From the human T2T-CHM13v2.0 reference genome, Homo sapiens, in assembly GCF_009914755.1 (NCBI RefSeq), contig NC_060925.1: a stretch of 64,000 bases of DNA; one strand, given 5' to 3'. Made by a program: the position numbers and the translations under genes. Shown here one piece after another: positions 13,985 to 26,441 of the stretch (position 1 is the first letter of the stretch; each line of letters opens with the position of its first letter). Below the pieces are notes generated by a model. It was not told where the DNA came from, did not search any database, and saw only the letters and a program-made list of their open reading frames with translations.

Positions 13985-14455
13985 AGCTAGAGGATTTAAT
14001 TGTGCCCCCCGAAAACATATGTTGGAGTCCTAACTCCTGGTACCTCTGATGTAACCTTACTTGGAAATAGGGTCTTTGCAGATGTAATCAGGTTAAAATG
14101 AGGTATAAGGGATTAAGACAGGTCCTAAATCCAACAACTGGTTCTCTTATAAGGGAAATTTGAATACAGAGGCACAGAGTCAGAGCAGACACACAGGGAG
14201 GAAGGCCATGTATTGATGGAGGTATACATTAAAATGATGCAGCTGCGAGACAAGGAGTGCCAAGGATGGCTGGCTACCACCAGTGACCAGGAAGGAGGCA
14301 TGGGGGTTTCTCCCTCGGTGCTTCCAGAAGGATCCAACCCTGCTGGCACCTTCTGTTTGGACTTCTGGCCTCCAGAATGGTGAGATAATCAATTTCTGTT
14401 TAAAGCCACCTAGTATATGGTAATTTGTTACAGCGTCTCTAGGAAACAAATGCAG
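13985..14455 (+). mobile_element. MLT1 (MLT1B/C-like) MaLR solo LTR
   Basis: ggaaatagggtctttgcagatgtaatc and ggtaatttgttacagc motifs. Confidence 0.85.
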
Positions 14456-15524
14456 AGAATCAGCAAGGAGCATAGAGAAAACAATGCTAGTTGAGCATTG
14501 GAGACAAAGCCAGATACCCTAGTGTGGTGAAAATAGTAGGTATTGAAATGAATGTGCCACCTGACAAAAATATGCATAAACAGTTCAGAAGCCATTTTTA
14601 TTTGCTGTATAAACAAAGGGTACTTTGGTAATGTTTGAAGATTTCTGTTAGTAATAACAACTTTTGATCTATTCTACCACTCAGAAAACAAAGCAAAACC
14701 AAACCAAACAAAACTTCTTGGCTTTGGGCGATTGTCAATATTGTGATAAAACCAACCTGATTCAAAGAATGCTATTATTTTTCCCAGTGACTACAAACAT
14801 TGGGAAAGAAATGTCACCAGAAAAACAAAGAGGCAGCCTCTCCTTTGGTGACTGTCACTGCTAGAGCTTCTCTTACACTAAATTTATTTCCTGTCAGATC
14901 TCTGCTTCCTGAATGTTTTCTTTTGCTTTTCTTCTACTTGTATTTTCCTTATTAAAAATACAATAAATAGTTTTGTGTAGCTCCTGGACTGAATATAACC
15001 AAATGCTATTAATAGATGAAAATGCTCTGTGGTTATTATTTTAATATTACCCACCTGAAGAAATGAAAGCCCAATACACTTACAAATACCCTGTTAGTCT
15101 GTGGACTATAAAGGAAGAGGAAGTATTTACAAGCCTACAAAACATGCAAGACAGGGCCATGAAATTCTTATATAACAACTTTTATTTTATTAGTTTATTA
15201 AAAGTCTTGTCTTTATGAACAAAAACATCCACTTGCATAGTGAAGAATTTATTAAATTGAGGTGCTTGTTTAAATAATTCAGAATATATGCATATTTGGA
15301 AGCAAATAGGAAATTTGCTGATTTAAAAAAATTATTGATGGTTGGCATCCTATAGACTCACAAAAATAAATCTGAATTACAGTATTATCTGATGTATTAT
15401 CTAGAATGCAGAAATATTTTCTTAAGTATGTATTTTGCCTCATAGTGGACCATGCTTAAGAAATCTCCAGGACTTTTTTGCTGTTTTTGCAACAAAATTC
15501 TTTTTATTGGATATTAAAATAATA

Positions 15525-15775
15525 TTAACAGCTAAAATTTCTTGAGCACCTTCTATATGCCAAGTGGTGTTTTAAGTCTTTTATAAGAGTTAACTCAGTT
15601 AATCATGACAACTCCATGAGGTAGGTACTGTTAGTATCTCCATTTTGAGGCTGAGGAAACAGGCACAGCAAGGTTAAGAGGTAACCCACCCAAGGTCACA
15701 CAGCTAATAAGAAGCAGAAGTTAGACTGGCATCCAGGCAGAGCAGCTGTAGGGGGTGAGTACTGACCATACTATT
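15525..15775 (-). mobile_element. MIR
   Basis: MIR core ccattttgaggctgaggaaacaggcacag...caaggtcacacagcta. Confidence 0.8.
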
Positions 15776-16572
15776 TTGGGAGAAAGCTAGAGCAGTGTGT
15801 TCTTCACTTGTATTACAATTGTCTGTAGCTTTTAGACATTTTTAATATAGCTATTTGTTCCATTTTTCTCATATCCAGATTAGAAAATTTACATTTTTTT
15901 TTGCTATTTCTTTCAATCTATATCCTGTAATGCAATTTGTAATTTTTAGTTAAGCACAAATGCTACTTTCTGCAGCTTCCAAAGTAAATAAATTGAGTGT
16001 TTATTTCTAGGAGAGTATGCCATGTATGTTCAGAAATGATTTGGGAATATGAGTTCTTTATGTGATGTTGAATTGCATGCATTTGAGTATTTCAGAACAA
16101 TGTTAATGCAGAGCTATAGGGTTTTAAAAGTTTGCAATGGGTGTAAGTGAAGTAAATACTTCTCTTAAAAAAGGTCATGACTAAAAGTAAAAATGCAACA
16201 TATTTCAGAGAAACACAAGTCTCTGTTCCTCCTGTTGATAATGGTACTTTGAATTTCTAATCTAATTCTGATTGAAGTTTCAGTTCAATACCCCAAACCT
16301 GGAGCTCCATGGCAGATCTCTGATGTTTAGGTAACTTGTCTTGGACCAACACACCCACTTTTATGTTTTGATTAATGAACAATTTATTAAGTAAAGAGCA
16401 TTGAATCTAGGTAAGATAATTTAAAGTAGTGCAAACTACTGTGATTTCATCTAAATTCAACCAAAATAGTAAGGCAGTTTTGCACATAAAAATGAGTGAG
16501 AGCTTTAACTAATAAATATAACCTGTAATCAGTGAATACAGGAAAGTATCTGAACATTTCTAGTCATCTTAC

Positions 16573-16618
16573 CAGAAGCAGTCCCAGTCTCTTCGTTTTA
16601 GGAAAAGTAGATGCAGAA
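16573..16618 (-). CDS. ATP6V1G3: ATP6V1G3 alternative cassette exon: 46-nt form (frameshifting) or 18-nt form 16573-16590 (in frame)
   Basis: CTG|GTAAGA donor. AG acceptors lie at 16620-16619 (after a pyrimidine tract) and at 16592-16591. Predicted products are 59 aa and 124 aa, matching isoform lengths I recall for this gene. Confidence 0.8.
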
Positions 16619-18516
16619 CTTACAGCAGGGGTAAAAACAAATGGAATGAGATCATTCTAGTCTATATCATTCTTCTATCATTATTACTTACAGTAACATA
16701 CAAAAATACATGACATATATTAAAAATAAAAATAACTCTAGTGTGTATTTTGCTTTACTATCTTACACATATTTTTCTGATTCTTACAACCTCTTGGTCA
16801 TATGTGTGTGTGTGTGCGTGTATTATAACTTCTATTTTTATTTACAGAAAGAAAGTCTGAAACTTGGAGATGTTAAATGACATTAAGAATTGTAGGTTTT
16901 CAACTCAAGCCAATGCTTTTATACTCTACTACTTCCCAGTCTGACTTCCGAAGCCTGTCCACATTCCTGCCCATGTCCCTGTCAGATTTCATCTCTCTCA
17001 GTAGCTGGTGGATGTCTTGAGAGCAGAGACTTGCATATTCAATTTCTATAGACTGCGTGGCCTTCTGGAGAGTTCTTGATACATCAGGTTCATAATCCCT
17101 TATCAGTATCCCTAAAGGCAAAACACTTAGACCATATACTGTATCATGTAGCAACTGCACCAGGATCTGAGGCTGTTCTCCTTAATGGAATATATTAATA
17201 TTTTTTCAGCATAATATAAAAATAACCATATTAATCTTGTATTTTCCTGAAATGATTAACATGTGAATTGCTGTTTTCTTTCTCTTTCCCTCTTTCTCGC
17301 CCTTCCTTCTTCCTGTCTTTCTTTTTCTTAAAAATAATACACTCAAGAGTCTTGTTCTAGCACTTTATGCCCAAGTTTCTGAGAGTCTTGCAAATAAATG
17401 GATTTAAGAAAGAGAAAATGACCATAGACCTTCTACAATGGTGTTCACTATTGTGACTTCTTGGTCCTCATTCTGAATATCATTCTGCCTTAATATGTCA
17501 GAATTTCAAATGAATCTTTGTATGAAAAAATAAAGCAAAAGTATATGGGTTTACTAAAATGATAACTATCTTTACCTCTCCTGTCATCATGCCTCCTTTC
17601 CCTTTTTAAAATAGTCATTTGTGCATTTATCTCACTGGGAAGTTCTTTAAGGAAGAACTAGGTCTTATTTATCAGTGTAAACATCAAAGTGGCCTGGAAT
17701 TAGTAGATACCCAATAAACACTTATTGAATTAAATAAATGAAACAAAAACCACTGAAACATTAGGGAAGTTATAACATACTGGTATATAAGGTAATATTT
17801 CTATTTTGCCATAGATCGCTTATGTGAGTAAGCTGTTGTAACTATAAACTTTAATACCTGCTGATAGCTTTAAGAAAACAGTTTCTATCCAGTTAAAACT
17901 GACCTCAACGCCTGTGGCTTCTGAGGCAAAGAGGACAGGCTGACATTCTCCATAAAACTGAGTGCAGAGGTTAGTTGTTGAAAGTCAAAATATTTTCCAG
18001 AATGTCTTTAAAGCCTGGGTATTTACTATTACTGGTTGAATATCCCCTTGAATATTCATGAACAAAGACATGGTAGATTAAGAAAAAAATATGCAGGTAT
18101 TTTAAGTTACTGGCAAATGAAATGAACATTTTTGTATAGAAATAAGACAGTATGTACTTTTCAATACTGAATTCTGAGGAAAGATTGCCCAAGGACAGCA
18201 TATTCACTAGAGAAAAGCAAAAGAAATTGGACTTTTATCTTTATTCTGAAATTTGAAGCCAGGTTGCCCTTAGCGGCTCCCACCCCAAAACAGCTTGCAT
18301 GTATAGCAATTCTTTTATTCTTTAATGACTCGAAAAAAGGAGAAATAGTTGGTAAAAATTATTTGAGTCATACAATAATATTGATTAATCTATACTCAAT
18401 ATTTCATTTTGTATCCTCCATAATGAGAAAGCAAAGGCAACATAACTATCACATCTTTAAATTATCTGGTCTTCTGTTCTGAAAGTTTTAAATATTGTTA
18501 AAGAAGTTTTTAAAAA

Positions 18517-18820
18517 GGCCTGGCACAGTAGCTCACTCCTGTAATTGCAGTAATTTGGGAGGCAGAGGCAGGTGGATCTCTTGAGCTCAGGAGTTTGAGA
18601 CCAGCTGAACAACATGGCGAAACCCCGTCTCTACAAAAATACAAAAATTGGCCGGGTGTGGTGGCGTGTGTCTGTGGTCCCAGCTACTCTAGAGGCTGAG
18701 GTATGGCTTGAGCCTGAGAGATGGAGGTGGCAAGGAGCCCAGATCATCTGCATTTCAGCCTGGGAACAGAAGCAGACCCTGTCTCAAAAAAAAAAAAAAA
18801 GAAGAAGAAGAAAAGAAAAC
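18517..18820 (+). mobile_element. AluJ
   Basis: Diverged Alu dimer with an A-rich tail. Confidence 0.9.
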
Positions 18821-19830
18821 CCTGAAATTTTTAAAAAGGGAAAATTCTCTATGCCGCTTCAACCACAGGTCCTGAACTGCTTTGTTTTCTATAAAACTAC
18901 TCTACATTCATATCATCTTGCAACTATTTCCACACTTCGTTGTAGAAAAAGAAATTGAGAAATAGGTAAAGTTTGCCTTCACTATCTTTCTTCTTCCTTT
19001 CCTCTTCTATCATCTCCACCTGGAGTCATTCCTTTTATGTTGTTGATGCCCACATTGCTGAGTGTTCAGGAAATCTATTTATCTTAAGAAAAGGAAATGA
19101 TTTTACCTGTGGTTGAAAACTTTAGTGTACCTGCCTTATTTCTGACTGACTTTCTTATGTTGTAATATATTCCTTCATTTCATTCATTACGTTTAAATAA
19201 TTCAGTACCTACTCCAATCCCATCACTACATTCATCCAAAGAGTTACATAAGTAACATTTTGAAAATATGGCCCCTGTTTTGCCAGACTGAATCTAATTG
19301 CAGAGGCAGGACACACAAGGAGAGTGAATGACACTACAAATTATTGTAGATTGAATAATGAGGTGATATGAAATGGGATAGTGAAAAAAATGTCTTGGCC
19401 TTGGGAATCTGAATTCCAGTTGTAGATCTGAGACATATTAATTTTTTTATTATGCAAATTGTGTAAATTTTGTAAAGCACAGTGGTTAAGATCTGGGCTT
19501 GGAAATTATAGCTCATCTAAATCTTGTCTCTACCATTTACCCTCTGTGTGACCTTAGACAAGTTGTATAATTTCTCTAAGCATCACTTTTGCTTTTTCAG
19601 TAAAGGTTGTGAGGAATAAAGATAAGCAATGAGCATGGTGCCTGGCACAATATTTTCTATTTTTAAAATATAACCTTGAACAAATCAGTGACTCCATTTC
19701 TGCATACATTGGGAATAATGTTAATATCCTATTCATTTGGCTGTTGTATCAAAGAGAATAGAAAAGGTGTTGAAGTTCATTGAGGACATTCTATATGTAA
19801 GTACATGAATGCATGACCAAATGAAAAGAG

Positions 19831-19975
19831 AGCTGAGTACAGTGGCAAGTGCCTGTAGTCCCAGCTACTTGGCAGGCTGAGGCAGCAGGATCTCTTGAGT
19901 CCAGGAGTTGGAGTTCAGCCAGGGCAACATAGTGAGACCCTCATCTCTTAAAAAATAAATTAATAAAAATAAAAA
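19831..19975 (+). mobile_element. Alu monomer (FLAM-like)
   Basis: Single Alu arm plus an A-rich tail. Confidence 0.8.
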
Positions 19976-20462
19976 GAGAGGTAGAAAATGAGAATAAAAT
20001 GAAAATATTTTAAAATATTAGATGTTAAAAAGCTACCAAGAGAGGGATGAGAATGAGCCATTATTATTCTGATTTTATGGAAATGAAAACTGATGCTTAT
20101 AAAAAATAAGTAATTTGCTCAGGTTTACTCACTAATAAGTAGATTCAATCCAGAGGTTTTCTACCCCCTAACAATGTTGAGAAAACAGGCATGGCATAGC
20201 CAAGGCTTAAGCCCACATCTCTATAATCTTAATGTCCATGAACACATGACCTCTCAAAAGGATCTGAATGAGGAAACTTCATCCCTGCTCTAGAAATAAG
20301 GAACATATGGCTGGGTAATTTTAATGAATGGGTGAAGGTCTCACAGGGAGTACAGTAAACCAAAGTTTGAAACAAGGTCTGCCTAATCCAAAAGTCTATG
20401 CTTATCCCTGCATTCCACTGCTTTGTTTATTTCGTGACAGACCCCTCACAGGTGAGACTTAC

Positions 20463-20544
20463 TCTTCTTGGCTTCCTCTAGCTTGTCCTTGGCCCGTTTT
20501 TCTGCCTGAAGAAGCTGGTGGATCCCCTGAGACTGGCTTGTCAT
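20463..20544 (-). CDS. ATP6V1G3: ATP6V1G3 first coding exon (82 nt; MTSQSQGIHQLLQAEKRAKDKLEEAKK + 1 nt)
   Basis: Manual translation gives the V-ATPase G subunit N-terminus. ATG is in ACTACCATGA context and a GTAAG donor lies at 20462-20458. Confidence 0.97.
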
Positions 20545-20599
20545 GGTAGTCTGCTCCAAGCAAGTGGCTTCTGTGAAATCTGGGAAGTAATGGGTTCAT

Positions 20600-20990
20600 T
20601 TATTCTTTTAGAAATTAACATATAACTCAGATTATTGTGTCAACAGCAAGTTCCAAATGCAGCTGTTTCAAACTGGCTTTATTGGGCTGGATAGCTGGGT
20701 CCCAAGGAAAGCCCAAGGTGGAATCTAGAAAAACAAGTTAAACCAATGTGCATAAATTGAGAACTTACCATTTCTGCCAATCTTAGCTCTTCTGTATGAG
20801 ATAAGGAGGTATAAATGAGGTGTTGCATCTACTTATAAATAATGAATAAGAGACCTTTTAAGAATGTTGGTTTCCCTAATCTTCCAAGAAACATTGACAT
20901 GTTTACTGAGTTTTTCTTTTAAGTAACAAGATCTTTGCTCTTTGTACCTGCAGTACTTTGTTTCAGGTCTTTTTCTTTATTTGTTTCTAG
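20600..20990 (-). promoter_or_regulatory. ATP6V1G3 promoter region (no CpG island)
   Basis: Position 5' of the gene. Contains forkhead motif TGTTTAC (20900-20906), CCAAT (minus strand, 20685-20681), E-box CAGCTG (20660-20665) and a TATA-like TTATAA near 20833-20838. Confidence 0.5.
20769..20840 (-). other. ATP6V1G3: Probable non-coding first exon (5' UTR) of ATP6V1G3; 5' end uncertain
   Basis: Consensus ATG|GTAAGT donor at 20768-20763. Candidate acceptors TTCCCAG (AG 20581-20580) and TTCACAG (AG 20572-20571) lie just upstream of the start codon. Confidence 0.55.
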
Positions 20991-23900
20991 TGATTCAGTT
21001 ATCTGCTTGGAGAAAACGTGTTAATCTTTTGTTAGGAAAGAGATTCCCTAGCTTTGTGCATAGATGGTGGACTAAGGATTTTTTTCCCCCAAGGTCTCAG
21101 GTGACTGGAATAAAAAGATTTCTTTTGGGCATTGTGCTGCTCTTAAGTAATGCTGTAGGTTGAAGTTCCAGGAAGATCTTACTATGGTGACTAAACAATT
21201 AGTAATTTTAGTAGTAGTAATCATGATAGAAATAGACTATAACTGTAGGTTTTGGGATTAAGTTAAAATAATTTAAACATGCATTTTATATTATTCAGTG
21301 TTTGTGGTGAGTATTGTCCTAAGATAATACAATAAAATCCATCATACTTGATTTGATTCGATCCAGTAGCAATTGGACAAATCAGAATATTGGTCACAGA
21401 GAAGAACCACAAAGTATCATTTATATGTATCTAAAATTTTTATTTGAAGTGAAAAGCTAATCTGTTGACTTAGAATAAGGCTTTCCCCCCGATACGATTT
21501 GCAGATTGGGGTTTCACGTATTATTGCTTTCATAAACTATACCTCTATTGCCTCATATGTAAGTGCCAGGTTCATTTTCTTTAATAAGGTGTCTGGATTT
21601 AAAGACAATTGTAAAACAATCTGGGCACTAAATCTTTTAAGGCTTTAATGATTATTTTCTCCTAATCTTTTCAAGTTGTCTCATCCATATCTGCATGCCT
21701 ACATTATGTGTGCATTTTCAGCAAATATTTTCAAAAGGAAAAACTTTTCCACAGGATCACTTTTACTTTTTTTTTTTTTTTTGAAGTCACATTTAATCAG
21801 CTTATAAAGTACTTAATTTGTATTGCGTAATTAAATACCTGGTGTAACTGGGATAAACCGATTTTCGAACAAGCACAACTCTTGTATGATCCCTCCAGAC
21901 AAAAAGATACAAGGTGGCTTAACAGGAAGAAGTCCTAGAGAGGAAAAAGCCTTTGGGAATAACCCAAAATGGAGACTTAGAATGAATTTCATCCTCTCCT
22001 GACCCTCAAAAAATTACTCTCTCAGTGAAAAGGAGGGATAGAAAAATCTACCCAGAAGCAGAGAAAGATGACAAAGAAGAAGCTTCTCATCTCAATCTGG
22101 ACTCTGGATGGAAAAAAAAAAAAAAGAAGTAATCACAGTCCCAAACTTATGTGGGTTTGAACTGCCACAGCCTCTGCAGAGATAAAACCATACTGAACAC
22201 ACTTTTACAATCTAAATTGCAAAACAAATGAGAAAGTAAAGTTGAGGAGAGGTAGATAGTGTAGCAGTAGATAGAGGTAAAAGCCTGGCTGGAGAATTTG
22301 AACTTTATTATATATCCAATGGATTATTATCATACAAATGGTTTACTTGCTATAAGAGTTATTCCTTTGTTTTAATCAAAGCTGATTCCTAATGTGACTT
22401 TTCACTTACAAACTCAAACATTGAAGGATAATAACACTTTAAAAAATTCTATTATAGCCAAGATTTTGAATTTATTCTTTAAATGTTTTGTATTACTGAG
22501 CATCAATGGGACAAGCTTTTCTCCTTCTATTCACTAATAAAATATCAGCTAGGTTCCAGAAACTGGGTATGATACTTTACAATTATGCATATTTCCATAT
22601 TTAACTAATTTGATTCTTACATAGGTGTTATTATTACAAAGCACAGCAATTTTATCAGTAAAGAAACTAAAGCCCCTATAAAATAAGCAAGACGAGTGGT
22701 CAGGGAACTGTGGCTCAGAAAACCTGAGTGACAGGCCCAAGGTCAGGTGGCTTCTGAGTAGAAGAATTGTTCTCATGGTCAGTGTTCTTGCTGCTGAACA
22801 ATGCTCTCTTTCTTTCCAGGAAAATTTTCTTCCAGGTTTCTCTTCTTTTCCTAATAAAAAATATGGAAGAAAACAAAGAATACCAATTGACATTTCACTC
22901 TGTGTAAAATTATTAAATATATGAATCAATTTAAATGCTGTGTGCTTGAATAATTAATAGGAAAAATATCAAAACAAAGTGAAATTTGACTTAATCTAAG
23001 TCTCCTTGATTGGAATTAACATTTTAAACACCTAGCGTTTTTCCTATACCATTTATTTGGTACTACTTGTTCTGGCCTTACTATTTATTATATTCTACTT
23101 TATTTTGTATATTTATATACCTAGAAGTAAAAAAAAAATAAGATTTCCTTCTAATTTGAGCACTTATACGTCACTTTTTATTTCTAAGTTAATTAAATGG
23201 CAATGTTGATGGTTTCTATGTGTTAGTATATAAGAAACACAATTTATCAGTATTATTACTTATTGTATATTATTGGTGTTATTTTATTATTATTTAAGTT
23301 TCAGTGATAAACTGAGAATTAAGTTATATATTTTTATAAAAATCTCACAATGTACAAAGGATTTGTTTTATCAGATAAGATAGAGAAATGGATGTTAGTC
23401 ACAGTAGCTTTATAAAAAGGAAGTGTAAGAATCAGTATAGTGTATATTTAGGTCACTGCTCTTTGATTCTCTTTCCTAAATTATTTCATATTTCATTTTT
23501 ATCAGTGAAAATGTAAAAATGTTACTAACAATGATAAAACCTTGAGAAACAAAATCTGTGCCATTTGGAAAAATTTTGAATGTTGAATGTTAAAAGATCA
23601 CAGTGAAATATACCTCTTATTTTTGTGTGTCCTTAACTTGACAACTTATCCTCGAGTGTTTTGAATAGCTGTAATTATAAATTTAGCATGTGTTCAGTGT
23701 ATACTTTTCTGGTTTCTAAGTTTCATTTCTGCTCAGACTTCCTCTTATTATCTATTCTGTCATTGTTCCTGTATATTTCAGCTCATCATATGATCCTTCC
23801 TTCTTTTGCTCACGTTGGTTTAGCATTTGAGTCTGAATAGTAGGGAAAAGTAGATTAAATACTGGTTTTCTGGAGGCCTGGAACTTCTGGGTATCTCAAA

Positions 23901-25106
23901 ACTACAAACTTCAACCTTTAAACAAAACCCTAAGACTTGGTCTGGGTGTGTCTACTGAGCATGGTATTCTTCTTCACTTCACTTACTCATTTTAGCTGAG
24001 CAGTAATGCATAAAAGAAATATACATTAAATATTGAACATTTTAAATTTTCTTATACATAAAATAAATATACATCAAATATTGAACATTTATTTTCTTTC
24101 ATTTCCATTTTAAATGAAGAAATAAATCTCCTTATTTTTGCCTCTCATCCTCTGATTTTCTCCCTCTTTTCCTCCAGCCATTCACTATACTATTTATTCT
24201 CTTTAATATCAGAAACTTGTGTCTATGCCTTTATTCAGACACTTCCTTATCTCTGGAACACCTGTCTGATTCTTGCTTGCCTAGAAAATAAATCATTCAA
24301 AATCCATTTCCAATGCCTACTTTAAAGGATGAAACTCTCTGGATCCTCTCAGACCTGATGGATTCCTTATCTTATACATCTCAAAACCTTTTATGTATAT
24401 CTGTCATAGGGCATTTCTCAAGCATCACTTGTGCCTTTTTACTCACAAACTACGAGTTCTTTGAGGATAAATATTGTGCTTTGCTTGTGGTTGTCCCTGG
24501 AACAGTGCTTTGCACATAGTGGGCAACAAATCATTTTTTAAAATTACATTGATTCTTTCAGCTGAAGGACAACAAAGAACTCCATTTGCCGTGAGAAACT
24601 TAAATGAGGATTCTGCTATATCTCAAACTGTCATTTTGAAAAGCAAGGCACTTCTTCTGTCTAAGAACAGGGATGTATTTAGCAATTAGTGTGGTACAAA
24701 AATAATAACAGTGAAAATATTTTAGTTAAATATAGTAGCTGCTTAGAGATGAAAGAAAATATTTCTAGCTATTCTGAGGTTATGCAGCTTATTTTCTAGA
24801 TAGATCCTACCATTGTCTGTTCCCATTATTGGGTTATGCAGACTTCCATTTTTCTTATACTTTTCTTGAAGAACACATTGCATCTTCATTCAGTGTATTT
24901 TTTCTCAGTACCTGCAAAACCTACCACTCATTTATGCATTCTACAAAAAGTTTTAAATACCTAAAATATGCTGGATAACTAGTAATTATGAACTTGGTTA
25001 AGACTTCCCATCATTGCCTTCAACTTGAAGTGTTATAAAATAACTGTAATGAAATGTACACTATAGGGATTACAAGAGGCATTCCAAATGTAATAGAAAT
25101 GTTGGA

Positions 25107-25271
25107 CTGGGATTGCGGGCATGATTGCACCTGGCTGATTTTTGTGTTTTTGGTGGAGATGGGGTTTTACCGTGTTGGCTGGCCTTGTCTCAAGCTCCTG
25201 ACTTCAGGTGGTCTGCCCGCCTCGGCCTCCTGGGGTGCTGGGATTGCAGGTGTGAGCCACCATGCGCAGCC
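25107..25271 (-). mobile_element. Truncated AluS fragment with A>G hypermutation
   Basis: Left arm, linker and start of the right arm. There is no tail, and 14 A>G changes occur on the plus strand relative to the recalled consensus. Confidence 0.9.
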
Positions 25272-25307
25272 AATTCATTCCTTTTTAGTGGCTGTGTAGT
25301 ATTCCAT

Positions 25308-25375
25308 CATATATATATACACACACGCACACACACACACACATACCTACACACACACACACATACACACCACAC
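25308..25375. repeat. (TA)n(CA)n microsatellite
   Basis: Directly visible. Confidence 0.95.
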
Positions 25376-25964
25376 CAACTATTCTCTGTTATGGATGGTT
25401 ATTTCATTTGACTATTTCAGTTTCTTTGGGGTTGATTCTGGAAAGAAATTGCTGAAAAGTCATATAAATTGTGTGTTTTAATGTCACATTGCCTTTCCAA
25501 AATGCTATACGAATATATACTCCTACCAGCATGTAAAAAGAAAAGAAAAGAAACGTTGGACTGTGCAAGTGATAGAGAGATTCCACTTCAACTGACAATA
25601 TTTCCTCATTATTTTCATAAAGTGAGAGAATTCTGTCACTTTAGGTGCTAGTTTTGTGTTTCTTTTATAGTAATTAATGGCTTCCTCGTCTCTGATGAAT
25701 ACTAATATTGCTTTTTGGGATATGGATTCTATGAGAAATCTGTATAGATCTATCCTAAGGAAGTTGTTCAGAGATTTTCGTCTAATTGCATACCTTTTTT
25801 TTCTACTCCCTGTTCTACCAAATTTGCTACAAAAAGTTCCACTGAGGTTTCTGGGTATTTATTCAAGAGAATGGATATGTAATCCTAGACATACAATGTT
25901 GTTTTGAAGGGTAGTCATGAGCATCTCTGGAGTTTCTGTTATTCCATATAATGTGTCCACTTCT

Positions 25965-26441
25965 TTTTTTTTTTTTTTATTATACTTTAAGTTTTAGGGT
26001 ACATGTGCACATTGTGCAGGTTAGTTACATATGTATACATGTGCCATGCTGGTGCGCTGCACCCATTAACTCGTCATCTAGCATTAGGTATATCTCCCAA
26101 TGCTATCCCTCCCCCCTCCCCCCACCCCACCACAGTCCCCAGAGTGTGATATTCCCCTTCCTGTGTCCATGTGATCTCATTGTTCAATTCCCACCTGTGA
26201 GTGAGAATATGCGGTGTTTGGTTTTTTGTTCTTGCGATAGTTTACTGAGAATGATGGTTTCCAGTTTCATCCATGTCCCTACAAAGGACATGAACTCATC
26301 ATTTTTTATGGCTGCATAGTATTCCATGGTGTATATGTGCCACATTTTCTTAATCCAGTCTATCATTGTTGGACATTTGGGTTGGTTCCAAGTCTTTGCT
26401 ATTGTGAATAATGCCGCAATAAACATACGTGTGCATGTGTC
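25965..26441 (-). mobile_element. Young 5'-truncated L1 (L1PA2-like)
   Basis: L1 3' UTR and ORF2 C-terminus (ORF 26184-26483), poly(T), and a 14-bp TSD ATGTGTCCACTTCT (25951-25964, 26435-26448). It has GAG rather than the Ta-diagnostic ACA. Confidence 0.93.

Noticed and set aside
20328-20549. Plus-strand 73-aa ORF over the first coding exon
   Set aside because: It is the antisense shadow of the ATP6V1G3 exon.
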